From NCBI GenBank assembly GCA_038087875.1, contig JAXLNO010000320.1:124001-188000 (forward strand): DNA of 64,000 nucleotides, written 5' to 3'. Below are positions 48,040 through 60,700 of this stretch, in pieces. Position 1 is the first letter of the stretch; every line of letters begins with the position of its first letter. The DNA is from Malacoraja senta (Eukaryota). Made by a program: the position numbers and the translations under genes. The notes under the pieces were generated by a model. It was not told the origin of the DNA, ran no database searches, and saw only the letters and a program-made list of their open reading frames with translations.

Positions 48040-49625
48040 TCAATGCAAAATTTGTGACCACTGCCCAGTCCATCACTGGCTTTGACCTCCCCACCATCGA
48101 AGGGATCTATCGCAGTCGCTGCCTCAAAAAGGCAGCCAACATCATCAAAGACCCACAACATCCTGGCCACACACTCATTTCACCATTGCCATCGGGAAAA
48201 ACTGTAACGTCCAGGTTCAGGAACAGCTTCTTCCCTACAGCCATCAGGCTATTGAACATGACAACTAATAAGCTCTGAACTGCAACAGACTATCATTATT
48301 ATTGCACTATATTTGTTATTTATTGAGTATGTGTGCATGTGTATACACCAAAGATCCTATAGCGAGCAAGATAGTCCACTCGACGAAAAAGACGAAGTAG
48401 GGCCATGGGCAGAGTCATGGGTAATCTTCGCCCCCATTTCCGTAACCGGCTTCCGTCACCGCACCAAAGATCCCATAGCGGAGCAAAGATATTAGTGCGG
48501 AGACGGAAGCCGTTTACGGAAACATCCTCGTAAAAATCAAAGATCTTTGGTAAAAATCTTTCATTTTCTTTCTGCCTCTCTGCCTCAAAATAAAAAGCAA
48601 AAATATGCCTGTGTTCTTTCCACAGCGTGTGGGAAGTCTGGCCCGGATCAGCATGGCTGGGATGCCAGGGTAAATTCGCGGGGAGGTTTGCAATGTATTT
48701 TTATGTAATGTTGTCCCTTGTCTGGGCCTTGTGTCTGAAATAAAGTTTATCATATATAAAAATCTGGAAAAATATATATGTGTGTGTTATATGATTATAT
48801 ACATCTATATCACGTTCATATATGTGTGTGTATGTGTGTTCTTTCCTACACAATCTAATCAGTTGTATGCTCGCTGAATAAAACCAACCTTAAGTTATAC
48901 ATCATTTTTTAATCTAGCTCAAAACAATTTTTATTTTGTTAAATACTTCATTTAGGTAACCCCACCATTACAGACATATCTCATTCCACTCTCTGGCTAT
49001 TGGGAAGACCAGATCCATTTTATTGTTGAAAAACAATTCCATAGACACAAAAAATCATTAAGGAACATTCCAAGAGTAGAGCAACTGGAATCTTCATATT
49101 GCTATTATTTTTCCAAATACCGCAGTTGTAAACAGTGTGATTAGATGAATTACAGAGTGCGTGTACTACAAAAATCAACTCAAACACAGCACATGAGCCA
49201 TTTAAAAAGAAATGTTTTAAAATAAACATTAAAAAAGACAATTAACAGAATCATAATTTGTTAACATATTAATCTTTAACAAAATTTAACAGAATTATGA
49301 ATTAACAGAATTATGAATCTAACCCTATATCACACACACAAACTGTTCCCCCGCAACGCTGATTACACTGCGAGAGGGATATACAAAGTCGGGTTGGGTT
49401 ACAGAAAAGGCCGACGTTCCGCTCCGTTGCGTACTACACGTCAGCCCATTGGATTTAGCAGGAGTGGACTATCTTGCTCGCTATAGGATCTTTGGTATCC
49501 ACACACTGAACTTTTTTTCTACTCCGGTTATGTACTATGTTTACATATTCTGTTGTGCTGCAACAAGCAAGAATTTCATTGTCCTATCTGGGACATATGA
49601 CAATAAAACACTCTTGACTCTTGAA
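48040..49625 (+). mobile_element. Rex1 3' fragment split by a nested DNA element
   Basis: 48040-48346 and 49497-49625 match the reverse complement of 3790-4225. Confidence 0.8.
48348..49495. mobile_element. Non-autonomous DNA element with 34-bp perfect terminal inverted repeats
   Basis: ccaaagatcctatagcgagcaagatagtccactc ... gagtggactatcttgctcgctataggatctttgg; flanks tataca/tatcca. Confidence 0.85.
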
Positions 49626-49709
49626 GACTTGGGTGAATCCTGGATGTATGAAATAATTGAAGAATCTCAAACAGATTGAAACACAAGTATCAGATAAATG
49701 CAGATTATT

Positions 49710-49908
49710 TGGTTTAGATTAGAGATACATCATGGAAACCACGCCAACCATCAATCACCCATTCACACTAGTTCTTTGTTAACCCACTTTCTCATTTATT
49801 CCCGAGAGGCAATTTACAGGGGGCAATTAACCTACAAACCCGCATGCCTTTAGAATGTGGGAGGAAACTGGAGCACCCGAAGGAAACCCGCGCGGTCACA
49901 GGGAGAAA
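49710..49908 (-). mobile_element. V-SINE fragment
   Basis: tgtgggaggaaactggagcacccg..aaacccgcgcggtcacagggagaa. Confidence 0.65.
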
Positions 49909-50597
49909 GCTCTACCTGCTTTCTCAACCTCAACATTTTAAAGCATTTCTCAACCAATCAGGTTCCTTAAATTGAAAATTCAGGTGAAGAGTCTTTGAAC
50001 TGAAATGCTGATTGTGTTTCTCTGCCCACAGATGGTGCCTGACCTGCTGAGTAGTTCCATCATCTGCTGTTTGAGGAGTTCGCAATGATATTTTATTTTT
50101 CTTTGTATTAACGGCTCAGAAAAGGAATAGGTATACTTCATTGATAGAAACTTCAGAAAATTACAAGGAGCCTACCAAAGATTGTTCTTGGATCACTAAT
50201 AAGGGGAGATGCCTGTGGTGGACATTGTGTATGAGGCAGGTATGGTATGAATGCAGGGCTGGAAGAGTGCTGATCATCCTGACTTTATTCATTGTTGCAG
50301 GACATAAGGCCATAAATTGAAGCAGGAGATGACCATGTGGCTCCTTACGGGTCCCATCGCCATTTAATGAAATTGTGGCTTTTACCTCAACACCAATTTC
50401 CTGCAACAAAAAAAAAGTCAGTGAGTTAGGCAGCATCTCTGAAGAACAGATTTTGGATCTGGACCCTTCGTCAGACTCTGTATCCAGTTGTAAACCAGCA
50501 TCTGCAGTTCCTTTTTTGTACATTTTCACCACTTTCCTGCATTGTTCTTATATCGTTGATTCTCTTAATATCAGGAAGTCCCTAAATATACTGTGAA

Positions 50598-51130
50598 CTA
50601 TAGAGTTGCACAAGACGTTGGCGAGGTTGCGTTTGGAGAATTGTGTTCAGCTTTGGTCACCCTGCTGTAAGACCGATATTGTTAGGCGGAAAAGAGTGCA
50701 GAGACGATTTGCAAGGATGTTACCTGGACCTGAGGGCGTGACCTATTGAGTGGTTGGGCAGGCCAAGACTTTATTCCTTGGAACACAGAAGGCTGAGGGG
50801 TGATCGTATAGATGTGTATAACATCATGAAGGGGATAGGGTGAACGCAGTGTATTTTTCCCAGGGTATGGTAATCAAAAACAGGACACATCTTTAAGGTG
50901 AGAGGGGCAAGATTTAATAGGAACCTAAGAGGTAACTTTTTCAGTGGTGGGTGTATGGAACGAGCTGTTAAGAGTAGATAATCGAGGCAGGTACTATAAC
51001 AACTGGATGGGTACATTGAAAGGAAATAATTAGAGGGATATGGGCCAAACACAGGTAAATGTCCATAGATTAGATGGGGCATGAATGAGTTGGGCTGAAA
51101 GGCCTGTTTTCCTGTTGTGTGACTATGACT
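50598..51130 (+). mobile_element. CR1 3' fragment
   Basis: Same C-terminal/3' UTR family as 46000-46480. Confidence 0.7.
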
Positions 51131-51489
51131 AGCTGCCGTAATCCTCGTGGGTGGAGAATTCTGGGGTGTCATTCTGATCGTTGTCCATCTCTCATTTTGA
51201 GTTGGTGACCCTGGTTATAGACACGTCAGCTGTGGGATATTGACATCTCCCACGCTAACTCCTCGGAACAGTATATGCACACACACACATACTTTATAGA
51301 CACACAAAGCAGACCAACAATACTGCAAAAATACAAAACCAACGTCAGGCTGGGGAGAAGATCTGGCAGGAGGGAGGCAGCGCGAGGCTGGGGAAATGCG
51401 GAGGTTGTGGCGGGAAGACTTCCCGAGAAAGTGAAGTGGGAGACAACGGTCAGATGTTCACATTTTTGTCTATTCTTTTAATGCTCAGG

Positions 51490-51600
51490 TTTCCAATCAT
51501 GCGGTGAGTGGGCAGCTCTTCTCAGGAAGGACCGCCGCTGCCGCCCCAGGAAGGACCCAGCGGCGCCCTGACGTCACACCGCGACAAGATGGCGCAGGGC
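51490..51600 (+). promoter_or_regulatory. TRAP1: TRAP1 CpG-rich proximal promoter/5' UTR
   Basis: CCAAT 51493-51497, CCGCCCC 51541-51547, palindromic CRE TGACGTCA 51569-51576, YY1-like CAAGATGGCG overlapping ATG 51589. Confidence 0.6.
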
Positions 51601-51715
51601 GGAGCGAGTCGAGGCCGCGGGATCCTGGCAGCGCTGCGCCGGCTCGTCCCGTCACCTGAGACCCCGGCTCCGCGGCCTCACTTGGTGCGGGGACTGAGGA
51701 CTTGTACAGCGGCAG
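51589..51715 (+). CDS. TRAP1: TRAP1 exon 1 (mitochondrial targeting peptide)
   Basis: [43 protein letters not shown]|gttag, phase 1, compatible with exon 2. Confidence 0.75.
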
Positions 51716-54700
51716 GTTAGAGGGGAGGAAGAGGAGTCATGGCGTCTTACAGCGTGGAAACAGGCCCAACATGTCCCACCTGCCCACGTTTGGTCCATAT
51801 CCCCCCAAACTTGTCCAATCCATGTACCTGTCGAACTTTCTTAAACATCGCGATAGTCCCAGCCTCAACTACCTCCTCTGGCAGCTTGTTCCATACACCC
51901 ACTACCCTTTGTGTGAAAAAGTTACCCCTCAGGTTCCTATTAAACCTTTCCTCTCTCACCTTAAACCAATGTCCAATGGCTCTCGAATCTCCTACAATGG
52001 ACAAGAGACTGCATCTACCAATCCCTCTCATGATTTTATACACCTCTACAAGATCACACCACATCCTCCTGTGCTCCAAGGAATAAAGTCCCAGCCTACT
52101 CGTCCTCTCCCTATAGCTCCGGCCCTCAAATCGTGGCAACATCCTCATAAATCTTTTCCACCCTTTCCAGCTTAACAACATCTTTCCTATAATATGGTGC
52201 CCAAGACGGGGGGGTGGGAGGGGTTGATGAGAATCCTGGGTGACAGTCGGTCCACTGGAGGAACAGTGGGTCGGGCAGCATCTGGGGGTGGAGGGAGGGT
52301 CAGGATTGGGATCGGGAAGCTGCACCCAGAGCGAGAGAGCTCCTTGACAGTTTGTTTGTCAGACAGGAGCAGAAGCTGACTGTCCGGGTGGCGTTACCGC
52401 GAACCACGGCCTGGGCTGGGCGAGAGATCAACAAGAGAAGCAGCTCCTGTGGCAATGGGCGAGGGGGAGGGGTAACCCGCTGACGTTTATGTTTGTTTAC
52501 TGATGCCTGGTCGCTGGGCATCTTTGCAGGGAGGACGTTGCAGTGCCCACCTTTGCCGGGTGCCGGCTCGCTCCCCTGGCGTCCGTACAGCACGCAGTCG
52601 GCTCAGAGTCCGGAGGAAGAATCCTTGCACAACATTATCACAGACTCAGAGAAACTAAAAGGTGGGTCACGCAGACATGGATGACTGAGTTTGTGATGTG
52701 GATGATGTCTGGCAGCCTGGCAGTCTAGACGGTGCCACACTGCCCCAGTTCTCTCCCCAGGACATGCGGGTCCCCCTGGTAATGATCTGCTCTGACATTA
52801 CTGTCGTATCTTCTTCCCCTCATCCACTTGGGTCGTTCCAGTCCCCACCTGCTGTGCAGAGAGAAGCTCAGACTGCCACAACCCTGGGTTTGGGTGATTC
52901 TGCTTCCCATCTCTGCCCTTCTGTCCATTCCTAATGACTCCCTCTGACCTCGGGAAAATTATTTACAGCATTGAGTCAGCCCTTTAGTACATCGAGCAGT
53001 ACAGCATAGGAACAGGCCCTTTGGCCTGGCCTGCCCATAACAACCATGATCGAATCTGTCTGCACGTGATCCATATCCCTCCATTCCTTACATATCCATG
53101 TGCCTACCTAAAAACCTTTTTAAACAACACAATCATAATTGCCTCGACCAGCACCCCTGGCAATGCGTCCTGCTCCCTTGGGAGGTACCAGTCAGACCTG
53201 CTCTGTCCCCTGTACGGCAGCCCCCTGCACCGGGCATTGAGCCACTGATCTCTCGCGCCACCCCTTCCATGGTCTGTCCTCTTGTAGATACAGAGACCAG
53301 GGCAACACAGAGCTGCAGTGTTGGCTCGTCAAAGCCTTGTACAGCTTCCTTACACTTGCACATAACTCCCCCCCCCCCCTTAGCCACAGCATTGATCCTT
53401 TCACACACCACCATTTCTTATCGTTAAAACAAAATATTTTGTCTTTGTCCCTTATACTCAATTGAACACTCTTCAGTTCCCGCACTATGTCAGCTGCCTC
53501 TGTCTCTGCTCACATCATGCAGCATGCTATGTTACCACAGTTCACCTCTCCACCTGTTTTTGTCACTCTCTATACTCCACTCACTAGCTCAGTTTCCGGT
53601 TAATTTTCTTTGATCCGACAAGAGAGAGTAGCACTCTGTTTGTTTTAACAAGACCCATGTGGTTTTTAGCAGTTCCTGATTCTTCCCTCTGCAGAGGTAC
53701 TCCCTCTGCAGAGAGGAATGGCCCCGGTTCTTTACTCCTTCCGTCTGACAATCTTGTCGGTTTGTTTGAACTCTGCTCTCACTGCATGTCCTTTCACAGG
53801 ATCTTTATCGAAGCACGAATTTCAGGCCGAGACCAAGCAGCTTCTGGATATAGTGGCGCGTTCCTGTACTCCGAGAAGGAGGTGAGCAATGCCCCCGTCC
53901 CCGAGCTCTGCTGCTCCACTGCCTTGCTGCCGATCGCGGTCGCTGCCATTGCCTCTGCCTGAATGGGTCTTTATCCGGTTGCTGACTCCAGGTGTTCATT
54001 CGGGAGTTGATCTCCAACGGGTGCGACGCCCTGGAGAAGCTGCGGCATCGGCTGGTGAGCAGTGGGAACCCGCAGGGGCCACTGGAAATCCACCTCCAGA
54101 CCGACGTGGACAAGAGGACCCTAACCGTGCAGGTGAGCATCCTAACCCAAGAGAAGCAGGCCCTTCGGCCCACCCAGGCCATGTCAGCCGTCAGCCACCT
54201 AATTACACTCATCCTGTGTTAGCCCATTCTGAAACCAAAGCACAGGGGAAACGCACTTGGTTATGGAGATTCATAGTCATACAGCAGGGAAACAGGTTCT
54301 TCAGCCATACTCGTCCATGTCGACTAAGACGCCCCATTTAAGCTGGTCTCACTTACCTGTAACACTCAAAACCTTTCCATTCGTGTAGCTGTCCAAATGT
54401 CTATTAAACTTTGTAATTGTACCTTCCTCTACCACTGCCTCAGGCAGGTCGTTCCATATACTCACCACTGTCTGAATGAAAAAGTTGCCTGGTTTTAGAC
54501 TCTTTTACCTTAGGATAAACACAACCGTGACTGTTCACCCATCTGGGCCCCTTGTGATTTAAGGTCACCCCTCAGCCTCCTTTACTCCAGGGAAAACTGA
54601 TCTGGCCTCCTGATAACGCAAACCCCTCGATCCCAGTAACATGCTTGTGAATCTTTCCCGCTCAATTACATCCTTCCTACAGCAGGGCGACCAGAACTGC

Positions 54701-57700
54701 ACACAGTACTCCAGGTGCAATCTCACCAACGTCTTGTACAGCTGTAACATGACGCTCCAACTGCTGTACTCTGCCCCGTTCAATGAAGGCCAGTGTGCCG
54801 GATGCCCTCGTGGCCACCTTGTCGAGCTGTGTCACTGCTCCAAATGTTGGCAGCTGTAAATCCTGGTGGTGTGGGAGCAGGGTAACCCGTCCTGAGGAAA
54901 TGGGGGGTGTCTGTAGAAACCATGATTAGCCGCCCTTGTGCTGGTCTTTATGGGTGCCCATCCACCCCTTAACCCATCCCCCATCCCCTCCGCACCCTTC
55001 CCCTGCCCCCCCTCCGATCTCTGCCTTCTCTTTCCCCCTCCCCCCCCCTCCTCCACCCTTACAGGCTAACCTCACCATTTGATGTAATTAAGGTAAAGGA
55101 ACCCATAGGAGGTGGTGACCATAATATGATCAAATTCAACCTGCAGTTTGAGAGGGAGAAGATGAAATCGGATGTGTCGGTATTAAATGCTGAGCAACTT
55201 GGAGGCCAAGTCATTGGGTATTTTTAATGCGGAGATTGACAGGTTCTTGATTAGTAAGCGTGTCAAGGGTTATGGGGAGAAGGCAGGGGAAAGGATTGAG
55301 AGGGAAAGACAGATCAGCCATGATTGAATGGCGGAGTAGACTTGATGGGCGGAACAGCCAGATTCTGCTCATATGACTTATGATTTAAGGCTTTTAAGAT
55401 GTTCAAGATGTTTGGTTCTCGAGATGTAGAGTAGAGCCATGAGGGTGGGGCCCTGGTGAGGCTGCCAGTCTGTGGCTGTTCTGTGCTGATCCCAGCTGCT
55501 GCTTTAAACGTTGCCGGTAACCTATTTCCCCTCTCCCACCCCCTCCCTCCTGCAGGACACGGGCTTGGGGATGACCAGGGAAGAGCTCATTCAGAATCTG
55601 GGAACGATTGCACATTCGGGATCAAAGGTAGGATGGCTCCAGAGGGTCAAATTTTCTTGTTACAAGCTGCAAGTCATTCCCTGAGTAAAACACACAGTGC
55701 TGGAGGAACTCAGCGGGCAGGCAGCATCTGTGGAGGGAACGGACAGGCAACGTTTCGGATTGGGACCCTTTAGACCCAAAACATCGCCTGTCCATTCCCC
55801 ATTCCCTCCACAGATGTTGCCTAGCCTGCTGCAGTGCTCCAGTACTTTGTGTTTTGCTCAACATTCAGCACCTTGTGCCTCCAAGTCAACCCCTGCCTGC
55901 TTTGCATTCTCGGGTGGTCAATGTGTTTCCACAGACCCTGTCATCCTGGTCAGGTGCGTCTGGATGAATCTTACTTGCAGTTGCAGTCCTGGGATGTCTC
56001 TTTAATACAACACCCAAAATGCCGGTACCACTCAGTGGGTCAGGCAGCCTCTGTAGAGAAAAGGAGTTACAATTCATGTCCCCTTCACGTCGGAACGTGA
56101 CATTTCTATTGAATGTTTGATTATATATTATCAATGTGTACTGTGTTTACAGGCCTGTTATGCTACTTCAAGTAAGAATCTCATTGTTCTGTTAGACTTT
56201 ACTTTAGACTTTAGAAATACAGTGTGGAAACAAGTCCTTCGGCCTACCCAATCCGAGCTGTCACCCCTACACTAGCACTAGGGACAATTTACAAATTTTA
56301 CCAAACCCAATTCCTGTACGTCTTTGGGATATTGGAGGAAACCAGAGCACCTGAGAAAACTCATGCGGTCACAGGGAGAATGTACAAACTTGATAAAGAC
56401 AACACCCATAGTCAGGATCAAATCTGGGTACCTAGCGTTGTGAGGTAGCAACTCTACCGCTGCGCCACTGTGCCGCCCTGTTGGTACAAATGACACTCTT
56501 GAATCTTGATGATCAGAGAACTCGAGCAGACAGCCAGCAGGGTGGAGGGTCGGAGCAGCGTCTGTTACTGTGGTTCCCGACCCCTGCATTAGTGGCTGTG
56601 CCCCCTCTCCCAGCATGCATCATATGTACGGGTCATTGCCAAGGGGTCATTCCCAGGGCCCGGGGGGGGGGGGGGGCGTTGACGGGCTTGGACTAACCTC
56701 TCTGCTTGCGGCAGGCGTTCCTGCAGGCGCTACAGGGCCAGGCCGAGGCCGGCTCCAGCATCATCGGGCAGTTTGGAGTTGGCTTCTACTCCGCCTTCAT
56801 GTGGCCGACAGAGTGGAGGTGTTCACCCAGGCCGCAGAGCCCAGCAGCCCCGCACACCACTGGGTCTCTGACGGGTGAGAGACTACATCACGCACAGAGG
56901 GGAGGGGGTTGGGGTGTGAGAGACCACCCCTCTCCGGGCCGAGTGGCAAAGGGCTCTTGGGGAGGGGTGGTGAGAAACGATGCCTGGCAGGGGGGGCACC
57001 GAGAGAGGGAGTGGGGAGTCACAGAGAAGGTGGAGTCAAGGAGGGGAGGGGGTGGTCGCTGTGCGGAGGAGTGTGGTGGAGGGGGAGGGGTGAGGACGGG
57101 GTGGTGCGTGGTGTTGGAGGGGGCGTGGGCGGTGCTGCCACACTGCTGACCCTGGACTTCTCTGCCTTCAGTTCGGGCATGTTCGAGGTGGCTGAAGCGT
57201 TGGGCGTGACGCCGGGGACCAAGATTGTCATCCACCTGAAGGAAGATTGTAAGGAGTTTGCCAACGAAGACCGGGTCAAAGGTGAGAGACTGAAGGTGCC
57301 CGAGGTGTGCGACATCAGGTGTGTTTACCCTGGGGGGGTGGGGTGACCCCCCTGCCTTCCGCCCTCCCCTCTTCCTGCTCTGCTACACCCTCAGGGACTC
57401 CTGTCATGGGTCTAGGATTGTTATTGTCACATCTACCGAGTGAAGAGCTTTGTCTTGCATGCCAATCAGATCAGATAATACTATGCAGTCCAGCAGAAGG
57501 TACAGAAGCTTGAAAGTGCCCACCACCAGACTCGGGAACAGCTTCTACCCCTCGGTTTTCAGGCTTCTGTCTGATTCACCCCTACCCCATTGTGGACAAT
57601 GAAGCTGATGCGCTACAATGCCGAGACCTATATTCTGCACTTTATCTTTCCCTTTGCTCTACCTATTGTACTTGCATTTGACTTGATTGTATTCATGTAT

Positions 57701-60700
57701 AGTATTATCTGATCTTATTGGATACCATGCAAAACAAAGCTTCTCTGTCCTTGATACACGTGACAACAATAAAGCTGAACCGTTCCGTGAAGCTCTCGGT
57801 ACTGGAGCTCAGCCGGAGATTTCTGCTGAATTTGAACTGGGGCCCACAGCTGGATGTGTCGGGTCTGTGACTGCATCACTGGTCAACATCGACTCATCCG
57901 AAGAGCTGGGCAGATTTGCGTGTGAGGTGGGGTGGGGTGGGATTGTACTGTGGGTGGGTCTGGGGCTGCTGTGTGAGGGAGTCGCTGAGAGCTGCGCCGT
58001 CCTGTGGATGATGCAACAACGTTTCAGCTGCTCAGTACAAGTTGGAGTTAACACTGAGCCGTTTACTGCTGGTGACCAGCTCTGTGGCTTGGGTTATAGC
58101 TGGTAACCGGTCTAACTACCCTGTTGCTGGGGGTATGTGACTGTTCTAATGCTGCTCTCGGTTCATTTTCCAGAGGTGGTGACCAAGTACAGTAATTTTG
58201 TCAGCTTTCCCATCTACCTCAATGGCCGTCGCCTGAACACGCTGCAGGTGGGTGTCGGGGCCACGTGCAGACGGGACCCTCCTCGCCACAGATCCCCTCC
58301 CTCCTGCCACAGATCCGCCCCTCCCTCCCTCCCTGCACAAATCCCTCCCTCCCACCTTCCCGTCACGGTTTCCTGCCGCTGTTGTTGCCAGGTGCAAAAA
58401 TCGCCCTGCCCGTTTTCCCTCTGCCCGTTTCCCTGCTGCCAAGCTTATACTGCTGGCCTGTTTCACGCCTTGTGCCTGCTCTCTAGGCCCTCTGGATGAT
58501 GGACCCCAAGGAGATCAGCGAGTGGCAGCACGAGGAGTTCTACCGCTACGTGGCCAAGGCATACGACAAGCCGCGCTACGTGCTGCATTACCGTGCCGAC
58601 GCCCCGCTCAACATACGCAGTGTCTTCTACGTGCCCGACACGGTGGGTGGCCGCGGGCCCGGCCCTGGGCTGGGGGAGGGGGGGGGGGTGTGTGGTGCTG
58701 GGTGGCCGAGCAGGGGGCTGCTCACTGCTGCACCCACGTAACCAACACGCACTAGTACACCGTCCCGTAACCAGGGTAGCTGTGCGCACTGGGCATGGTG
58801 ACAGAGCTCCCCCTGGGGGTCGGTGAGGGACGGGGTGGGAGCCAAAATAGAGTAATCCAGCACGAATACAGGCTTTTCGGCCCACTGTCTCCATGCTGAC
58901 CAAGGTGGCATAACAATGGTGCAATGACACTTTATTGTCACCTACCTAGATACAGTGAAAGTCTTAGCATATGATTCAGTAAAATCATACTGTACAAACT
59001 ACATTCATAAATAACAAAAGTGCAAGGATTGTACGGTCAGAATAGTAGACTTCGTTGAGGCAAATCATAAAGAGGCTGTCCCTCTCTCCATGCAGAAGCC
59101 GAGTATGTTTGATGTGAGCAGGGAGATGGGCTCGAGTGTTGCTCTGTACAGCCGCAAGGTGCTGATCCAGACCAGGGCCAGCGACATCCTGCCCAAGTGG
59201 CTGCGCTTCCTCCGCGGTAAGTCTGGGGCCGCCCGCGGGAGTCTCTGCATCCGACCCATCCGATGCACCAGACGGGGGCAGCATTGTTTAGTTTATTGTC
59301 ACATGTACCGAAGTAGAGTGAAAAGCTTTTGTTGTGTGTTAACCAGTCGGCAGCAAGACTACATGTTTACAATGGAGCCGTCCACAGTGCAGATACAGGA
59401 TCAGAGGTTCCCTGCCCAATGCCGCCTCCTCTCCACTGCTCCCGCTGCGTTCCCTAAGCCTGTGAACTAGCGGCAGGCTCTTCAGCCCCTCCTGCTGCTT
59501 TCCCCGTGAGGATGGCTGTGGCCGCTTTCCTGTAACCTCGGTCAATGTTCCCGATGACCTTTCATCCGCGTGTTCATCCAGAACCCACCCTTCTAGAGTC
59601 ATAGAGTGTGGAACAGGCCCAACTTGCCCACCCGGCCAACATGTCCCAGCTACACTAGTCCCACCTGCCTGCGCTTGGACCATATCCCTCCAAACCTGTC
59701 TTATCCATGTACCTGTTTCTTAAACGTTGGGACAGTCCCAGCCTCAACTACCTCATCTGGCAGCTTGTTCCATACACCCACCACCCTTTGTGTGAAAAAG
59801 TTACTCCTCAGATTCCTATTAAATCTTTTCATCTTCACCTTGAACCGATGTCCTCTGGTCCTCAATTCCATATTCTGGGCAAGAGACTGTGCATCTACCC
59901 GATCTAATCCTCTCATGATTTTGCATACCTTTATAAGATCACCCCTCAGTCTCCTACACTCCAAGAAATAGTGACCCAGCCTACTCAACCTCTCCCGAGA
60001 GCTCGCATTCTCTAGTCCTGGCAACATCCTCGTAAATCTTTTCTGAACCTTTTCAAGCTTGACAATATCTTTCCTATAACATGGTGCCCAGAACTGAACA
60101 CAATATTCTAAATGCGGTCTCACCAACGTCTTATATAACTGCAACATGACCTCCCAACTTCTATACTCTTCTCTGACTGATGAAGGCCAATGTGCCAAAA
60201 GCCTTTTTGACCACCTTATCTACCTGCGATTCGACCTTCGAGGAACCATGCACCTGCACTCCTATATCCCTCTGCTCTACATCACTCCCAGGAGCCTACC
60301 ATTCAGTGTATAGGTCCTGCCTGGAAGATATTCACAGACCCTGTCCACTGCCCTTTGTGTTACCTGCTGCAGAGAATGGTGCAGCGGATAGGGTCGCTGC
60401 TAGAGACCCAGGTTCAATCCTGACTTGTGTGCTGTCAGTGTGATGTTTGCATGTTCTCCCTGTTATCATATGGGTTTTTTCTGGGTGCTCCGGTTTCCTC
60501 CCACATCCCCAAAACGTGCGGGGTTGTTGGCCCTCTAAATTGTATACAGATAGTGCTAGTGTACGGGGTGATCATTGGTCGTCGTGGACACAGTGGCCGA
60601 AGGGACGGTTTCTCTGCTGTATCTTTTAAGTCTAAAGCCAAAAGACCCTTCGGCCCAACTTGCCCATGCCGACCAAACTTCCCCTATCCACAATAATCCC

